Part shown: in pieces, positions 30,417-40,175 of the stretch
Layout of the letters: every line of letters begins with the position of its first letter
Numbering within the stretch: position 1 is the first letter of the stretch
Position numbers and translations under genes: made by a program
Notes under the pieces: model-generated
Databases searched by the model: none
Seen by the model: only the letters and a program-made list of their open reading frames with translations
Told to the model about the DNA's origin: nothing
NCBI GenBank assembly: GCA_963804645.1
Contig: CAWDRG010000005.1
Coordinates: 32,001-96,000 of the forward strand
DNA from: an uncultured Bacillota bacterium
GTDB lineage: Bacteria > Sysuimicrobiota > Sysuimicrobiia > Sysuimicrobiales > Segetimicrobiaceae
DNA: 64,000 nucleotides
Reading direction: 5' to 3'

Positions 30417-31379
30417 CTAGGCGTCCACCACATGAAGGGGAACCGCTCCCGCGCGCACCCGCTGGATATTCTCGACGACCACGCGCGCCATGTGCTCTCG
30501 GAGCTCCTTCGTCCCACCCCCATGCGGGGTGGCGACCACGTTCGGACACTCGAAGATTGGATCGCGGGGATCGACTGGCTCATGCCAGAAAACGTCGAGG
30601 CCAACGCCGCCGAGGTGCCCGCTGCGCAACGCGTCGATCAACGCGTCCTTGTCCACGACGTGAGCGCGAGCCGCGTTGACCAGGAGCGCCCCGGGTTTCA
30701 TGCGGGCGAACGCGCGCGCGTTCACCAATCGGTTCGTTTCGGCCACCAACGGCACGTGAATGGATACGAAGTCGCTGTGCGCCAACATCTCGTCCATGCG
30801 GTCCATTCGCTCGAGCCACTCCAGACCGAGCGCTTCTTTCATTCCCGCAGAGACCGACCGCTTGACCGCCCACACGCGCATCCCAAATCCGCGCGCCATT
30901 GGAATCACCGCTTCGCCGATCTCGCCGACACCGATCAAACCGAGCACCTTGCCCCGCAGCCCGTACGTGTCCACTTTGCCCATGCGCCCCTCGCGCAGGG
31001 CGACCTGCAAGTCCGGATAGCGCTTCGCAAGCGCGAGCAGCAGAAACATGATCAGCTCTGCGATCGCCGCACCGCTGCCGCTGACGTGTGCGGGGACAGT
31101 GCACACGACAATCCCCTTGGACGCAGCGTACGCTGTGTCGACCGACTCCAAGTGAGCGCCCGGCCGCTGGATCAATCGGAGGAGGGGGGCCGCATCGATC
31201 ACCTCTCTCGAGACCGGAACGCTGCGCACGAGCAGCACATGCGCGCCGCCGACCTGGCGCGCCAAGGGCACGGTCGGGTCGAATTCCTCGATGGTATACC
31301 CGGCGCCGAGCAGCCGCGCGAACTCTTCGCCCCCGAACAGTCCCGGGCTCCCCTTCTTCACGCACCAGAACTCGCTCAT
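30417..31379 (-). CDS. D-isomer-specific 2-hydroxyacid dehydrogenase
   Basis: GLIGVGEIG, HVPL, VNAAR, GLDVFWHEP and TPHGGG motifs. Start is approximate. Confidence 0.9.
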   Translation of the reverse strand: MSEFWCVKKGSPGLFGGEEFARLLGAGYTIEEFDPTVPLARQVGGAHVLLVRSVPVSREVIDAAPLLRLIQRPGAHLESVDTAYAASKGIVVCTVPAHVSGSGAAIAELIMFLLLALAKRYPDLQVALREGRMGKVDTYGLRGKVLGLIGVGEIGEAVIPMARGFGMRVWAVKRSVSAGMKEALGLEWLERMDRMDEMLAHSDFVSIHVPLVAETNRLVNARAFARMKPGALLVNAARAHVVDKDALIDALRSGHLGGVGLDVFWHEPVDPRDPIFECPNVVATPHGGGTKELREHMARVVVENIQRVRAGAVPLHVVDA

Positions 31380-31556
31380 AGACACCGGGTGGATCGTTCC
31401 CGCGCCACGATGCTCCGCATGCGCATGGTCACTGCGCGATACGTGCGGACCTTCGATAGCAGGGTGGTACGCCGCCTGGCCGAATACAGTGCGACCGACA
31501 TGGTACCGGAGATTCCATTGCCGCCTCGGCACTCCTTCGCCGGTGATCACACTCAG

Positions 31557-32414
31557 CTACGGCACGCACCCGTTCGCGTCATTCGACCAGTACTGCGTCA
31601 CCGCCCACGCCTGAAACGCCTGGGCCGGCGCCGCCGGCCGGGCCGCCCGCCATTCACATAAGTCGGCGATCTCCCCCTCGGAGCCCGTACGGAGATCGAA
31701 CCACCCAAACTTTCCGAACGGGTTGGTCAGCGCTTCGACGAGCTCATGCGTCAGCATCGCCCCCAGACTGGGTCCGGGGGGCAGCGGGCTGCGGGTGACC
31801 GCATAGATCAACGGCACGACCGTGAACGCGAACGGCGTCTTCGGCGCGCAGCACCGCCAGGAGTGGTACGCGAACCCCTTGTTCGGAATCGTCGCCGTCG
31901 TCACGGGAATCAGGAGGTTCACGACCAGATTCGCATCGACCGGGGCGCGAAGCACTTCCGAGTCCGCCATGCACCCGGCGAACCGTTGGGGCATCCCACC
32001 CGGTACGTCGCGGGGAGCGAACGCGCCGCACTCCTCAGACGCCAGCACGCTGCCGTCGAACTCGACGGACCGCACCCCGTATTGCGCGAGCCCCGCCAGA
32101 TACGTGCCGCCGATGACCGCCCGCACGAAGCCGTCGATCGCATCGTGCCCGAAGACCGCGGGATCCAGATGCGCGCTCCGCACGTCGTCGTCCCAATGCG
32201 CGTCCCAGTAAACGTTGACGACATGCGCCGTCGGCACGGCCCCGCTCGGGATCCCGCTCGTGGTACTCGCAGGCGGTGGACCGACCCGACCGCCCGCGGC
32301 GATCCCGGGCGCGAACGCCATCGCGACGGCGGCGGCGCACGCGACCCCGATGATCAGCCACTGCCGGATCGGCGCCCGCCTCTCCGGCCGGAAATTGTAC
32401 GCCCTGCCCGGCAC
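31557..32414 (-). CDS. Secreted hypothetical protein, Phi-1/EXORDIUM-like
   Basis: Signal-like N-terminus, then AYHS, THELVEALTNP, GWFD, GEIADLC and QYWSN...C. Confidence 0.6.
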   Translation of the reverse strand: MPGRAYNFRPERRAPIRQWLIIGVACAAAVAMAFAPGIAAGGRVGPPPASTTSGIPSGAVPTAHVVNVYWDAHWDDDVRSAHLDPAVFGHDAIDGFVRAVIGGTYLAGLAQYGVRSVEFDGSVLASEECGAFAPRDVPGGMPQRFAGCMADSEVLRAPVDANLVVNLLIPVTTATIPNKGFAYHSWRCCAPKTPFAFTVVPLIYAVTRSPLPPGPSLGAMLTHELVEALTNPFGKFGWFDLRTGSEGEIADLCEWRAARPAAPAQAFQAWAVTQYWSNDANGCVP

Positions 32415-32584
32415 GGCGACCTCCTGCGTGACCCGAGATTCGCTTCTCCCATTCTATCGCCATCGAAGCGGCCGCGTCGATCCACGGTGCGCGATCCGGC
32501 CAGCCACGAGGAGAGCACGGCCACCGTCGAGCTGGCGCCCACGCGCCCGTACACGTCGGACGCGGCGGTTCGACGTCCACGTCG

Positions 32585-33208
32585 CTACGTCTTGAGGCGT
32601 GGGGCCGCGGTCCTCCGGTATTCGATGTAGTGGGCCGTCTCGTCCGCCACCGCGGCACCATGGAGACGCTCGACCACGTAAAATGCCATGTCGATGCCGG
32701 AAGCGACGCCGGCTGACGTGATGATACCGTCATCGACCACGCGATGGTCCCGCTCGACCGTGCCCACATCGAGCGTCGCAAGAAGGTCGAGCGCGTTCCA
32801 GTGCGTGGTCGCCCGCCGGCCCGTGAGCAGCCCGGCCTTGGCCAATAAGAGCGACCCGGTACACACCGACGCGACCTGACGCGCGTCGGACGCGGTGCGG
32901 CGAATCCAGTCAAGGGTCTCGGGATCGTTGAGCAGCGGCCGGGTCCCCGCGCCGCCGGGCACCACGAGCAGATCGACGTGCGGAGCGTCCACAAACCCAT
33001 AGTGCGGGGTCACGGTCAGTCCGCCGGTCGTGGAAATCGGTGCAAGGGATTTGGCCACGGTGAAGACCCGGAAGGGCGCACACTCCTCGGAGCGGCGTGA
33101 CTCCGCACCTGGCTCAAGCCGCGCACGCGAGAACACTTCGAATGGCCCGGCGAAGTCGAGAATCTCAACGCCGTCGAAGATGAGGATGCCGACGTTCCAC
33201 TTGTCCAT
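32585..33208 (-). CDS. DJ-1/PfpI family protein (isonitrile hydratase-like)
   Basis: EILDFAGPFEVF, VPGG, SVCTG, ATTHW and TSAGVASGID motifs. Confidence 0.9.
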   Translation of the reverse strand: MDKWNVGILIFDGVEILDFAGPFEVFSRARLEPGAESRRSEECAPFRVFTVAKSLAPISTTGGLTVTPHYGFVDAPHVDLLVVPGGAGTRPLLNDPETLDWIRRTASDARQVASVCTGSLLLAKAGLLTGRRATTHWNALDLLATLDVGTVERDHRVVDDGIITSAGVASGIDMAFYVVERLHGAAVADETAHYIEYRRTAAPRLKT

Positions 33209-33291
33209 TCCTGGCCTCCTTCCGTGACGAGGCGGAGCGGTTCACCTCAGACCCACACGTACCCGCGTCACCGCCCCCATCACTGCGGCGC

Positions 33292-34620
33292 TCACGGGTC
33301 CGAGATCCTTCGGACTGCCCCGAGCCCCACCGCGACGTAGGTGAATCCGGCGGCCTCGAGCGCCGCCCGGTCAAGCAGCCGGGGCATGTCGAGCACGAGC
33401 GGATGCCGCATCCCGGCCCTGAGGCGCGCGTAGTCGAGTGCCGCGAACTCCGGCCATGGCGTCGCGACCACGAGCGCATCCGCGTCCACGGCCGTGCGGT
33501 ACGGATCTCGCCCGAACTCAAAGGGGGGCAGATCGGCGATTTCATCGAGATCGGCCTCCGGATCCGCCGCGGAGACGACGGCGCCCGCCTGGACGAGGCG
33601 GCGGATCATCGCGACGGACGACGAACGCCGCAGCGTGCTCGTGCCGGGCTTGTATGTCAATCCGAGCACGCCGACGCGCCGGCCCGCGAGCGTCCCGTAC
33701 GCCTGCTCGAGCCACCGGATCGGAAGCCCCTGCTGCCCATCGTTCACCCGCAGCACCGCCTCGAGCAGCCGGGCGGCGTACCCGTGCCGCTCCCCCACAT
33801 CCTCGAGCGCCTTGACGTCGCGCGCGAGCGTCCCCCCGGCAAATCCCATCCCCGGCGCGAGCGGCACGCGCGGCCCGATGCGCCGCTCCAGACGCAGCAC
33901 CTGCAGGAGCGCGTCCGTGTCGGCGCCCTCGAGCTGGCTCAGATTCGCGAGTTCGTTGGCGAAGCTGATCGACGTCGCGAGAAACGTGTTGATCGCGTGC
34001 TTGGCCATCTCGGCCGTCGCGAGGTCGGTGCGCACGCGGGGCGCCTCGATCGCCGCGAACAGCCGGTCGACGCGCTCCCGGGCCTCGGGGTCATCGGTCC
34101 CGACCACCAGCATGTCGGGGTGCAGGTAGCGCTCGATCGCCTGGCCGAGCCGTAGATTTTCCGGCACGTACGCCACGCACACGTCCCCTCCCCGCCGCGC
34201 GCGCAGCGCAGAGCGCAGCCCGCGACACGTCCCCACCGGCACCTGACTCTGCACGAGCAGCAAGGCACCCGGCGGCAGCGATCGGCCGGCGGCCTCCGCC
34301 GCGTCGAGCACGACCGAGACGTCCGCACGGTCCCGCTCGTCGACCGGAGTATCATACGCCAGATACGCCACGTCGGCGTCCCGGAACGCCTCGTGGAAAT
34401 CACCGGTGAAGTGGAGTCGGCCCGCGGCGATCCCCTCGCCGAGCAGCGCGTCGAGTCCGGGTTCCCGAAGCGGCGCGCGCCCGGCCCGCAGGGACGCGAC
34501 GCGGTCGGCGTCGGCATCCACCCCGACGACGCGGTGTCCGACCTTCGCGAGACACGCCGCGGCCACACAACCGAGGTGCCAGAGGCCGGCGACCACGACC
34601 CGGAGCGGCCTATCGGTCAC
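33292..34620 (-). CDS. UDP-glucose/GDP-mannose dehydrogenase-like protein lacking the catalytic Cys
   Basis: GLWHLG, EPGL, PENLR, EMAKHAIN and LGLTYK motifs, but GFAGGTLARD in place of GGxCxPKD. Confidence 0.85.
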   Translation of the reverse strand: MTDRPLRVVVAGLWHLGCVAAACLAKVGHRVVGVDADADRVASLRAGRAPLREPGLDALLGEGIAAGRLHFTGDFHEAFRDADVAYLAYDTPVDERDRADVSVVLDAAEAAGRSLPPGALLLVQSQVPVGTCRGLRSALRARRGGDVCVAYVPENLRLGQAIERYLHPDMLVVGTDDPEARERVDRLFAAIEAPRVRTDLATAEMAKHAINTFLATSISFANELANLSQLEGADTDALLQVLRLERRIGPRVPLAPGMGFAGGTLARDVKALEDVGERHGYAARLLEAVLRVNDGQQGLPIRWLEQAYGTLAGRRVGVLGLTYKPGTSTLRRSSSVAMIRRLVQAGAVVSAADPEADLDEIADLPPFEFGRDPYRTAVDADALVVATPWPEFAALDYARLRAGMRHPLVLDMPRLLDRAALEAAGFTYVAVGLGAVRRISDP

Positions 34621-34653
34621 GGCTCATGCGCTCCCCCTGGCGAGGTCCCGGGA

Positions 34654-35775
34654 TCACGCGCCCCGCCCCGCCGCCAGCACTGCGAGCGCCTCTTTCTCGA
34701 AGAGCTCGAACGTAAAGTGCTCGAGGACCCACGCGCGGCCCGCGGCCCCCATCCGCGCCCTGAGGGGCGCATCGCCTCCCAGCTGGATCAGCGTCGTCGT
34801 CACCGCGCGGAGATCGCTCCCGTCGACAACGATGCCGGTAATGCCGTCCCGAATCGCTTCCGGCGCCCCGCCGCCGGCGCCGGCGATCACCGGACGCCGG
34901 AACGCCGCCGCCTCGAGATAGACGATCCCGAATCCCTCCCCCGTCCACCCGTCCGGCCGCAGGGTCGCGGTCGACGGCATCACAAACACATCGCAGCCCA
35001 AGTACTGCGCGGCGAGGCCGTCCTGGGTCACGCGGCCCGCGAACTCGACAAGATCAGAGACACCGCGCTCGCGCGCGAGCGCCTCCAGGCGCGGACGGTC
35101 ATCCCCGTCCCCGACGATCACATAGCGGACCGGTCCAAGCGCGGCCACGACGTCCGGCAGCGCCGAGATCACGGCATCGCATCCCTTGTATCGCTCCTGC
35201 GCGGACAGGCGGGCCACGGTCAAGAACGTCAACAGAGACTCCGATACCGGCCGGACGTCGTCCGCGGGCACCAGACGCAGGAGCGCCGGGTCCACCGCCG
35301 GATAAATCACCATCACCCGGGCCTCCGGCACGCCGTGCTTGGCCGTAATCCAACGCGCCGTGAAGTGACTGACGGCTACCACGAGGGCGGCCTCCCGGAG
35401 CGCCGCCAATTGGCGCGCGCCGAGTTGGCCCCAGATCTCGATCCCGTGGGTGATCACCACGTACGGGGTGTGGAGCAGGCGGTGCAGGATGTGGGCCACC
35501 GGGGCGACCGACACGTGGCTGCACACGACCAAATCGTAGGCCTGACCTCGGCGCAGCGCGTCGATCACAAACCACAACTTCGTCGGTGCGGAGGACCGGA
35601 CGCCCGCGTGTCCCAGATAGGTGGCCGCGGACGTCCGGTCCGCCAACTCGCCGTCGAGAAACGACAGGACCTCGACCTCGGCGCCATTGGCGGCGAAGGC
35701 ATCAGCGTACGCGCGCGTGTACGCCTCCGCGCCGCCGACGCCGAAATACTTGGTGGCGAGCAGCAGGACCCTCAT
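34654..35775 (-). CDS. GT4 glycosyltransferase
   Basis: TVARL...YKG, DVFVMPS and EGFGIVYLEA motifs. Confidence 0.92.
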   Translation of the reverse strand: MRVLLLATKYFGVGGAEAYTRAYADAFAANGAEVEVLSFLDGELADRTSAATYLGHAGVRSSAPTKLWFVIDALRRGQAYDLVVCSHVSVAPVAHILHRLLHTPYVVITHGIEIWGQLGARQLAALREAALVVAVSHFTARWITAKHGVPEARVMVIYPAVDPALLRLVPADDVRPVSESLLTFLTVARLSAQERYKGCDAVISALPDVVAALGPVRYVIVGDGDDRPRLEALARERGVSDLVEFAGRVTQDGLAAQYLGCDVFVMPSTATLRPDGWTGEGFGIVYLEAAAFRRPVIAGAGGGAPEAIRDGITGIVVDGSDLRAVTTTLIQLGGDAPLRARMGAAGRAWVLEHFTFELFEKEALAVLAAGRGA

Positions 35776-35848
35776 GTGCGCGGCCGCGCCGTCACGCGAT
35801 CGAGGCGGTCGCCGACCGAATCCCGTACGTCATCGAGGGCCGCCGCCG

Positions 35849-37735
35849 TCAGACCGCGACCGCAGGCCGGTCGGCCGAGGTCAGCCACCGGGCAAGCACG
35901 ACGAGCGCCCACAGGCGCGACCAGTGGCTGTGCCCGGCGTCGACGCGCGCCCGAAGCCGGGCGACCGCCCCTGGCTGAAACAGGCCCGCGCCGTCGCCGA
36001 GCGTCTGGTCGATCTGCCGGCGAAGCGGTCCCGCCATCCACTCGCCGATCGGAAACGTGAAGCCCCGCTTGACCCGGCCCACGCCCGGCGGCAGGCGGTC
36101 GCCGAGGGCGCGCGTCAGCAGCCACTTCGGCGGGTGGCCGTCGACTCGGACGCGGCCCGGCAGCCGGGCCGCGAACTCGACGAGCGGGTGGTCGAGAAAC
36201 GGCACGCGCACCTCGAGGCTGTGGGCCATGCTCATGACGTCCGTGTCCCGCAGGAGCTGGTTGTGCATGTACCCGCGCAGCTCCAGCACGCTCGTCGCAG
36301 CCGCCGGCTCGTCTGGGAGCTCTGTGGCCAGCGCGCCCAACGCGGCCGCCGCGTCGAACGCCGCCGACGCCTCGCGGACCGGCCCGGGACGGAGGAGGTC
36401 GTGGACCTCGCCGGCGCCGAGCAGCCCGCGCATCACAAGATACGTCGACTGGATCGTGGCCGGGGCGGCGAGCCCCTCGCGCAGCTTCGCGGACCGGGGC
36501 GACGGCACGACGGCCAGCGCCGACGCGACCGCCGGGCGGGCGAACGGCACGCGCTCGGCCGCGCGCTGCCACGCGAGCAGGCGCGGGACGCGCCGAAACG
36601 ACGGATACCCGCCGAACAGCTCGTCCCCGCCGAGCCCGGAGAGCGCCACGATCGTACCCGAATCGCGGGTCACCTGGGACACGTAGTAGGTGTTGACGCC
36701 GTCCACCGTCGGCTGGTCCATGGCGGCGATGATCCGGTCCAGGTCGCCGGCGAGATCCTGGCCGGTCACCGGGCGGGCGGTGTGCTCCGTCTCGTACCGG
36801 GCCGCCAGCCGCCCCGCCTCCGCGCCCTCGTCGTACCCGGCCTCGGGAAACGTGATCGAGAACGTCCGGATGTGCGCGTGCCCGGCGTCGCGCATCATCG
36901 CGACGATCGCGTTGGAGTCGAGGCCGCCGCTCAGAAACACCCCAAGCGGCACGTCGCTGATGAGATGGCGGACCACCGCGTCCGAGAGACGCGCGCGCAG
37001 CTCCTCGACGGCCGCGTCGACGTCCACCGGCCCCGGCTCCGGGTGCGGGATCTCCCAGTAGCGACGCAGCACGCCGTCGGGATGATTTGGCCCGACGACC
37101 AGCGTAGTCGCGGGCGGCAGCTCGCGCACCCCCTCGTACACTGTGAGCGGACCCGGCACGGAACCGAGGCGCAGGAACGCCGCGACGGCGACCGGATCGA
37201 CCGTGAGCGGCGCCGTCCCGGCCGCGCGAAACGCGCGGAGCTCGGAGGCGAACATCCACTGCCCGTCGCGGTGCGCGTAGTAGAGCGGCTTGATCCCGAG
37301 GCGGTCCCGGGCCAGCAGCAGCTCGCCGGTCCGGCCGTCCCACAGCGCGAACGCGAACATGCCGCGGAGCCGCTCGATCATCTTGGCCCCGTCCCGAAGG
37401 TAGAGGGCGAGGACGACCTCCGTGTCGGAGTGCCCCCGGAACCGGTGCCCCTCGGCTTCAAGCTCCGCGCGGAGCTCAGGGAAGTTGTAGGTCTCCCCGT
37501 TGTACGTCGCCACCACGTCGCCGTGCGACGCCGTCATCGGCTGGTGTCCGGCCGGCGAGAGATCAATGATCGCGAGGCGCCGGTTCCCGAGCGCGCCCCG
37601 CCCGCCGGCGTCCGCCCACACGCCCTCATCGTCCGGTCCGCGGTGCGCCATCGACCTCGCCATCCGGGCGGTCGCGGCCCGCAGCGCCTCCGGGTCGCCC
37701 GGGTGCGCGCGGTAGATCCCGCAGATCCCGCACAT
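35849..37735 (-). CDS. asnB: Asparagine synthase (glutamine-hydrolysing)-like amidotransferase
   Basis: MCGICG, HRGPD, RRLAIID, LSGGLDS, SGLGGDELFGGY and EVRVPFLD motifs. Confidence 0.93.
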   Translation of the reverse strand: MCGICGIYRAHPGDPEALRAATARMARSMAHRGPDDEGVWADAGGRGALGNRRLAIIDLSPAGHQPMTASHGDVVATYNGETYNFPELRAELEAEGHRFRGHSDTEVVLALYLRDGAKMIERLRGMFAFALWDGRTGELLLARDRLGIKPLYYAHRDGQWMFASELRAFRAAGTAPLTVDPVAVAAFLRLGSVPGPLTVYEGVRELPPATTLVVGPNHPDGVLRRYWEIPHPEPGPVDVDAAVEELRARLSDAVVRHLISDVPLGVFLSGGLDSNAIVAMMRDAGHAHIRTFSITFPEAGYDEGAEAGRLAARYETEHTARPVTGQDLAGDLDRIIAAMDQPTVDGVNTYYVSQVTRDSGTIVALSGLGGDELFGGYPSFRRVPRLLAWQRAAERVPFARPAVASALAVVPSPRSAKLREGLAAPATIQSTYLVMRGLLGAGEVHDLLRPGPVREASAAFDAAAALGALATELPDEPAAATSVLELRGYMHNQLLRDTDVMSMAHSLEVRVPFLDHPLVEFAARLPGRVRVDGHPPKWLLTRALGDRLPPGVGRVKRGFTFPIGEWMAGPLRRQIDQTLGDGAGLFQPGAVARLRARVDAGHSHWSRLWALVVLARWLTSADRPAVAV

Positions 37736-37736
37736 G

Positions 37737-38675
37737 CTAGCCCCGCACCTCGGCTCGGGCCGCAAACCACTCGAGCGTCCGGGCGAGACCGTCCTCGAGA
37801 GGCACCTCGGGCTCCCACCCGAGGAGCGCCCGCGCCCGCGCGATGTCGGGGCACCGCTGCATGGGGTCGTCCTCCGGGAGCGGCCGGAAGACGATGGGGC
37901 TCCGGCTCCTCGCCAGGCGCAGAATGCGCTCGGCGCACTCGAGCACGGTGATCTCATGCGGATTGCCCAGATTCACCGGGTCGTGCACGTCGGTGCGCAT
38001 CAGCCGCACGATCCCATCGACAAGGTCGGTGACGTAGCAGAAGCTGCGGGTCTGCGTGCCGTCGCCGAACACTGTGATCGGCTCGCCCCGGAGCGCCTGC
38101 GTGATGAACGCGGGGATCACGCGACCGTCGTCGGCGCGCATGAATGGCCCGAACGTGTTGAAAATCCTAACGATGCCGGTGTTCAGGCCGTGCTGCCGAT
38201 GGTACGCCATCGTCATCGCTTCCGCGAACCGCTTCGCCTCGTCGTAGCAGCCCCGCGGCCCGACTGGGTTCACGTGGCCCCAATAGGTCTCCGGCTGCGG
38301 CGAGACGTGCGGGTCGCCGTAGACTTCCGACGTCGACGCGAGCAGAAACCGGGCTCCCTTCGCCCGGGCCAGCCCGAGCGTCACCCAGCTGCCGAGGGCC
38401 CCGGCCTTGAGCGTCTTGATCGGGTGCGCGAGATAGTCGACCGGGCTCGCCGCGCTCGCAAAGTGGAGCACGTAGTCCACCGGTCCGTCGACCTCGATTG
38501 GGGTGGTCACGTCGTGCTGGCGAAACTCAAAGTGCGGGTCGTCGAGGTGGCGCAGATTTTCGCGGCGGCCGGTCAGGAGCGTGTCGAGGCACAGAACGTG
38601 CGCGCCGTCCGCCAGCAGCCGATCGACAAGGTGTGAGCCGACAAAACCGGCGCCGCCCGTGAGGACGACCCTCAC
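37737..38675 (-). CDS. UDP-glucuronate decarboxylase (UDP-xylose synthase)
   Basis: [28 protein letters not shown] and [10 protein letters not shown] motifs. Confidence 0.92.
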   Translation of the reverse strand: MRVVLTGGAGFVGSHLVDRLLADGAHVLCLDTLLTGRRENLRHLDDPHFEFRQHDVTTPIEVDGPVDYVLHFASAASPVDYLAHPIKTLKAGALGSWVTLGLARAKGARFLLASTSEVYGDPHVSPQPETYWGHVNPVGPRGCYDEAKRFAEAMTMAYHRQHGLNTGIVRIFNTFGPFMRADDGRVIPAFITQALRGEPITVFGDGTQTRSFCYVTDLVDGIVRLMRTDVHDPVNLGNPHEITVLECAERILRLARSRSPIVFRPLPEDDPMQRCPDIARARALLGWEPEVPLEDGLARTLEWFAARAEVRG

Positions 38676-39961
38676 CGTCCCATCCCCGCGTAGTGGAAGC
38701 CGGCCGCCCTGGCCGCCTCGGGGTCCCACACGTTGCGCCCGTCAATCAGGACCGGGCGCCGCATCACGTCCCTGAGGCGCGGAAGATCGAGCCGGCCAAA
38801 CTCCGGCCATTCGGTGAGCAGCACGACCGCGTCGGCGCCGCGGGCGGCGTCGTACGGATCCGCGCAGTACGTCACCTCGGGCAGCACGCGCCGCGCGTTC
38901 CGTTCGGCGACAGGGTCGTACACGCGGACGGCCGCGCCGTCCCGGCACAGCCGCTCGATGATCGGCACCGACGGCGCGTCGCGCATGTCGTCCGTGTCGG
39001 GCTTGTAGGCCAGCCCGAGCACCGCGATGGTGCGGTTCGCGAGCACCCACAGGGCCTCGGTCAGATGCCGCAGCAGCACGTCGCGCTGCCCTTCGTTGAT
39101 GCGGGCGACTTCCTTGAGCAGCCCGAACTCGTACCCCGCGGCGCTGGCGATCTGAACGAACGCGGCGACGTCCTTGGGAAAGCACGAACCGCCGTACCCC
39201 ACCCCGGCGTTGAGGAACGCCCGCCCGATGCGGGCGTCTTGCCCCATGCCCTGCGCCACCAGCCCCACATCGGCCCCGACGCGCTCGCACACGTTCGCCA
39301 CCGCGTTAATATAGGAGATCTTCATCGCCAGAAACGCGTTGCTCGCGTGCTTGATCAGCTCCGCGGTCGCCAGGTTCGTGACCAGAATCGGACAGTCGAA
39401 CGGCCGGTACACGTCGCGCATCAGCCGCTCGGCCCGCTCGCTCTCGACGCCGATCACGATCCGGTCCGGATGCATGAAGTCCTGGACCGCGGCGCCTTCC
39501 CGGGTGAACTCGGGGTTGCACGCCACGTCGAACGGCACGGCGCCGCGCGTCAGCAGATGAATCTGGTCCCGGATGCGCTCGCCGGTACGGACGGGGACGG
39601 TGCTCTTCTCCACGATCAGGCGGTAGTCCGTGAGCGACGACGCGATCGTCTCGGCGACGGCGGCGACCGCGGTCACGTCGGCGTTGCCGCTCTCGAGCGA
39701 CGGGGTGCCGACCGTGATGAAGATCACCTCGGATTCGCGCACGGCCTCGATGGTGTCGGTCGTGAACCGGAGGCGCTTCGACGCCGCGCCGCGGGCGAGC
39801 ACCTCCTCCAGGCCCGGCTCGAAAATCGGCGAGCGGCCCTGGCGGAGCCTCTCAATGCGATCCGCGTCCCGGTCGGCGCCGATGACATCGTGGCCGACGT
39901 CGGCCAGACACGCCGACGTTACCAGCCCCACGTATCCGGTGCCGATCACACTCAGCTTCAT
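38672..39961 (-). CDS. ugd: UDP-glucose 6-dehydrogenase
   Basis: [25 protein letters not shown] and DGRN motifs. Confidence 0.93.
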   Translation of the reverse strand: MKLSVIGTGYVGLVTSACLADVGHDVIGADRDADRIERLRQGRSPIFEPGLEEVLARGAASKRLRFTTDTIEAVRESEVIFITVGTPSLESGNADVTAVAAVAETIASSLTDYRLIVEKSTVPVRTGERIRDQIHLLTRGAVPFDVACNPEFTREGAAVQDFMHPDRIVIGVESERAERLMRDVYRPFDCPILVTNLATAELIKHASNAFLAMKISYINAVANVCERVGADVGLVAQGMGQDARIGRAFLNAGVGYGGSCFPKDVAAFVQIASAAGYEFGLLKEVARINEGQRDVLLRHLTEALWVLANRTIAVLGLAYKPDTDDMRDAPSVPIIERLCRDGAAVRVYDPVAERNARRVLPEVTYCADPYDAARGADAVVLLTEWPEFGRLDLPRLRDVMRRPVLIDGRNVWDPEAARAAGFHYAGMGR

Positions 39962-40009
39962 GACGTGGTCGCGTCCTCCGCCGGCGCCGCCCCGCGGCCC
40001 GGCGGCCTC

Positions 40010-40038
40010 ATGGTATCATTCGCATCCCGACGACGCAA
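40010..40038 (-). promoter_or_regulatory. Sigma70-type promoter of ugd
   Basis: TTGCGT, 17 nt spacer ending in TGn, then TACCAT on the minus strand. Confidence 0.5.
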
Positions 40039-40175
40039 TTTCACGGCCGTGCGCGTGATCGGTCGGCGTGCACCGGCGCAGGCGCGCCCGAGCGCACCCG
40101 TTCGTTTCGACGTACGGGGGTGGTCATCAGCGCGGCACCGGACCATCACACCACGCGCGCCGGGCCGTCGAGCAC

